Origin: a virus
Taxonomy: Duplodnaviria; Caudoviricetes
Strand: one strand, 5' to 3'
Length of the DNA: 55,467 nt
IMG/VR virus record: IMGVR_UViG_3300027732_000027
Location: 1-55,467 of that record
Within the stretch, counting starts at the first letter, position 1. Every line of letters starts with the position of its first letter. Below the pieces are notes generated by a model, which did no database searches, had not been told where the DNA came from, and saw only the letters and a list, made by a program, of their open reading frames with translations. Positions 53,601-55,467 of this stretch are shown here, one piece after another. The position numbers and the translations under genes are program-made.

Positions 53601-55467
53601 CATTATTAGAACAGCAAACAGAATCACTTGAAGTTATAGATTCAGATGGTGACACACGTTTTAAAAGAGGATTTATTGTAGATAACTTCTCTGGACATAA
53701 TACTGGAGATACTACATCTCCAGATTATTTAAATTCTATTGATATGGAAAATGCTGAATTGCGTCCATTCTATTCAATGAATAATATTAATTTAGTAGAG
53801 AAAAACTCTACTGTTGAACAGCGTAATGCTGCAAATTATAAACTGTATGGTGATGTTATTACACTTCCAGTTGTTTCTAATATAAAACTTATTGAACAGC
53901 CTTATGCTACTCGTTTAGAAAACATTAATCCATTTGCAGTATTTACTTTCCTAGGTGATGTGAAAATTAATCCTTCTTCGGATGATTGGTTTGAAATTGA
54001 TCGTCGTCCAGATTTAGTTATTGATGTTGAAGGTAATTACAATACAGTTAAAAATCTTGCTGAAAAGGCAGGGGTTCTTGGTTCTGTTTGGAATGCTTGG
54101 CAAACTTCATGGAGAGGAACTCCAGTAACCACTCAAGTCACCCAAAGATTTAGCGGGGAAGGTATAAGAGTAATAACTACAGAACAAACTGCAACTCAAG
54201 TTGGTCAAACTCGTACTGGTGTAAAAACAACACTTGTTGCAAAAATTGATCGACAAGTTATCGGAGATCGTGTTCTTCAAACTGCTGTGATTCCATATAT
54301 CCGTTCTAGAAATATATTAGTTCAGATTCAAAAATTAAAACCTTCTACTCGTTTTTATCCATTCTTTGATGGAATTGATATTGCACAGTATTGCACACCA
54401 GCTTCTAAAATTGTTTATGTTCCTGTGAGTGGTACATTTAATACTGATACTAATGTTGGTTCTCTTGCTACTGGTGTACCACGACGTATTGCTGGTGATG
54501 CCCAAGTTTGTTTAAATCGTGGTGATATTATTACAGGTGGCACTTCTGGAGCAACTGCAGTTGTAGTTGGAAAAGAATACAATCCAGATACTAATGCATA
54601 TGCATTATTTGTAGTAAATATTATCGGAACATTTAGTACAGCTGAGACTATTACAGGATCAGTCTCTGGAGCAACAGGAACTGTTGGCACTAGAACACTT
54701 GCTTCTACTGGTGGAAATCTAGTATCTAATATTAATGGTGATTTACATCTACTATTCAATATTCCAAATACTGATGCATTAAGATTCCGTTGTGGTTCTC
54801 GTGAACTTAGACTTGTTGATGTACCTACATCAGATGGTTTATTTACTTCTCGTGCTCGTGCTAACTATCATGCTGAGGGCATTTTAGAAACTCGTCAACA
54901 AACAGTACACTCAGTTCGTAATGCTGAACTAGTTGAAGAACAACTGTCAGGAAACCAAGTTATTGTTCAGAATTCTGAACGAGTTGTTGCTGATAGTGGT
55001 TGGTTCGATCCTCTTGCTCAAACATTCTTAATCGAACAAAGGGGTGGATGTTTCTTATCTAAAGTTGATATATACTTTGCAACAAAAGATCTTACTATTC
55101 CAGTTATGTTAGAAATACGTGAAGTTGTAAATGGATATCCAGGAAAACTTGTTCTACCATTTTCTCGTGTAACACTAAAGCCAGAACAAGTTAATGCACC
55201 TGTAGCTGGTGACACCATCAATACAGCTGTATATAATACAGTTACATTAAATGGTACGACTGTTGCTAAGTGGGATGCACCTACAACATTCACATTTCCA
55301 TCTCCAGTTTATGTTCAAGAAAATACTGAATATGCCATTGTTTTAGCATCTGATTCTAATGCTTATAATGTTTGGATATCTCAGGTTGGCGAACAAATGC
55401 CTGGAACTGCTCGTACAATTTCTGAACAACCTTATCTTGGTTCATTGTTTAAATCTCAAAATGCTTC
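50621..55467 (+). CDS. Large virion structural protein (VrlC / DUF4815-like), truncated at window end
   Basis: PYYDDF...L.RPG.AVQARELTQ.Q, YTMRDIGKLEKRI.NLEYYTSL, DPLAQTF; frame from ATG 50621 is consistent with the window end. Confidence 0.88.
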   Translation, partial: MPIDFNNEPYYDDFAESKKFYKILYRPGFAVQARELTQMQTILQNQISRFGDWVYKEGAMVVPGNSSVDVDVDYVKLQATYNNVNADTVVEEFVGLTIVNATGLQAEVIHYAKSSGADPATLFVRYKNSGTSGTEKTFGVNDIISDVDATYTVQAAASAPSGKGSLAIIELGIYYIKGHFVLVEPQTIVLDKYTNTPTYRIGLTCTEQIITSEEDETLFDNAQNSFNYAAPGAHRFSIDSVLTKLTEDSTTDTDFIELIRVKSGQTTRNTKRTENSGLEKTLADRTYDESGNYTVKNFELDVREFRNNNRSQWVSGRYYLSGDVVSNAGNTYVARNSGTSASPNPLTPPIHAAGTVNDGPSNSGVSWEFDSEPFYNRGINSPGNADIQATHEANEAKLAVGLEPGRAYIQGYLVEKPSTTYVTVPKARDAVQVENAYIPSTVGNYVLVTNVNSLPPISTFGTVTLYDRLVSSVGVAPSGATAIGTARVRLLEWHNGTIGTQTSIYKLGLFDVKMNGTFDFNRKVKSVFLSGGTAALSFSANIDPILGRIVGSATAANSATITGTQTSFQTDLIVGDVISFGGVLRRVDTITSQSQITVDTAITITGSTMDRVSTVVYEPENTSLVYPLPYYAIKNVRGISGGVPGAGGNDTNYTVYQQLDVTTISGGSINPPGLGSGVFASAAETDNYIVLNNTTGGIILPTGTITGTGTNTLAIPVNSALNGNTAIVIAAVNKTGSTSTEKTKLLQSSVDVLFTTQATAQDSSLSLGVADGYRLVSVKMRTGTFAAPTGTYSIDITDRYEFDSGQRSTHYDIARVNLKNSYAPPEAPITVTFDHFTHTAGDYFTRDSYPNTVDYKLIPSFNGLSLRDCIDFRPRINNAGTEFSSTGASVSLVPKRGIDIITDFAYYLARKSKIALDLSGKFVSIDSVSSLNPGEPADLALGLSLYSLNLEPYTFGTTSDNVVVTRFDNKRYTMRDIGKLEKRIDNLEYYTSLSLLEQQTESLEVIDSDGDTRFKRGFIVDNFSGHNTGDTTSPDYLNSIDMENAELRPFYSMNNINLVEKNSTVEQRNAANYKLYGDVITLPVVSNIKLIEQPYATRLENINPFAVFTFLGDVKINPSSDDWFEIDRRPDLVIDVEGNYNTVKNLAEKAGVLGSVWNAWQTSWRGTPVTTQVTQRFSGEGIRVITTEQTATQVGQTRTGVKTTLVAKIDRQVIGDRVLQTAVIPYIRSRNILVQIQKLKPSTRFYPFFDGIDIAQYCTPASKIVYVPVSGTFNTDTNVGSLATGVPRRIAGDAQVCLNRGDIITGGTSGATAVVVGKEYNPDTNAYALFVVNIIGTFSTAETITGSVSGATGTVGTRTLASTGGNLVSNINGDLHLLFNIPNTDALRFRCGSRELRLVDVPTSDGLFTSRARANYHAEGILETRQQTVHSVRNAELVEEQLSGNQVIVQNSERVVADSGWFDPLAQTFLIEQRGGCFLSKVDIYFATKDLTIPVMLEIREVVNGYPGKLVLPFSRVTLKPEQVNAPVAGDTINTAVYNTVTLNGTTVAKWDAPTTFTFPSPVYVQENTEYAIVLASDSNAYNVWISQVGEQMPGTARTISEQPYLGSLFKSQNA

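Noticed and set aside
50652-55293. Small ORFs listed in the last 5 kb
   Set aside because: All lie within the long VrlC/DUF4815 frame from 50621, which the track missed because it has no stop in the window

Overview
Fragment of a large, AT-rich T4-like myovirus genome in standard genetic code. The host is probably a freshwater betaproteobacterium, inferred from a Bug/TctC-type solute-binding protein and a tmRNA with an AND...ALAA tag. Left to right: (1) the end of a tRNA array (Asn, Ala, Thr with an unusual AGT anticodon, Trp, Gly x2). It is interleaved with a BPL_N/GATase-like gene, a YkuK RNase H-like gene and a coiled-coil gene that is followed by an unannotated ~255-nt structured non-coding region. 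(2) An oxygenase/PP-loop trio and a late-promoter operon with two paralogous Xre/MbcA/ParS-antitoxin-like domains. (3) A dense early region of small ORFs under a shared sigma70-like promoter class, including an AAA ATPase and an HNH nuclease. (4) Auxiliary genes: 2OG-Fe oxygenases, metallophosphoesterase, MazG-like, two HAD genes, UvsE, PhoH, GH19 endolysin, exonuclease, Bug, a permuted two-piece tmRNA, a beta-barrel, SleB and ClpP. (5) gp33, gp59, gp32. (6) A tail/baseplate module: tape measure, gp51, gp26, gp16, gp54, gp2, gp4, gp48, gp53, hub, gp5, PAAR, gp25, gp6, gp7, gp8 and a truncated VrlC/DUF4815 gene. The best candidate for an undescribed system is the coiled-coil protein plus structured RNA unit at 1598-2497. 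All protein calls come from recognising motifs by eye; no searches were run.
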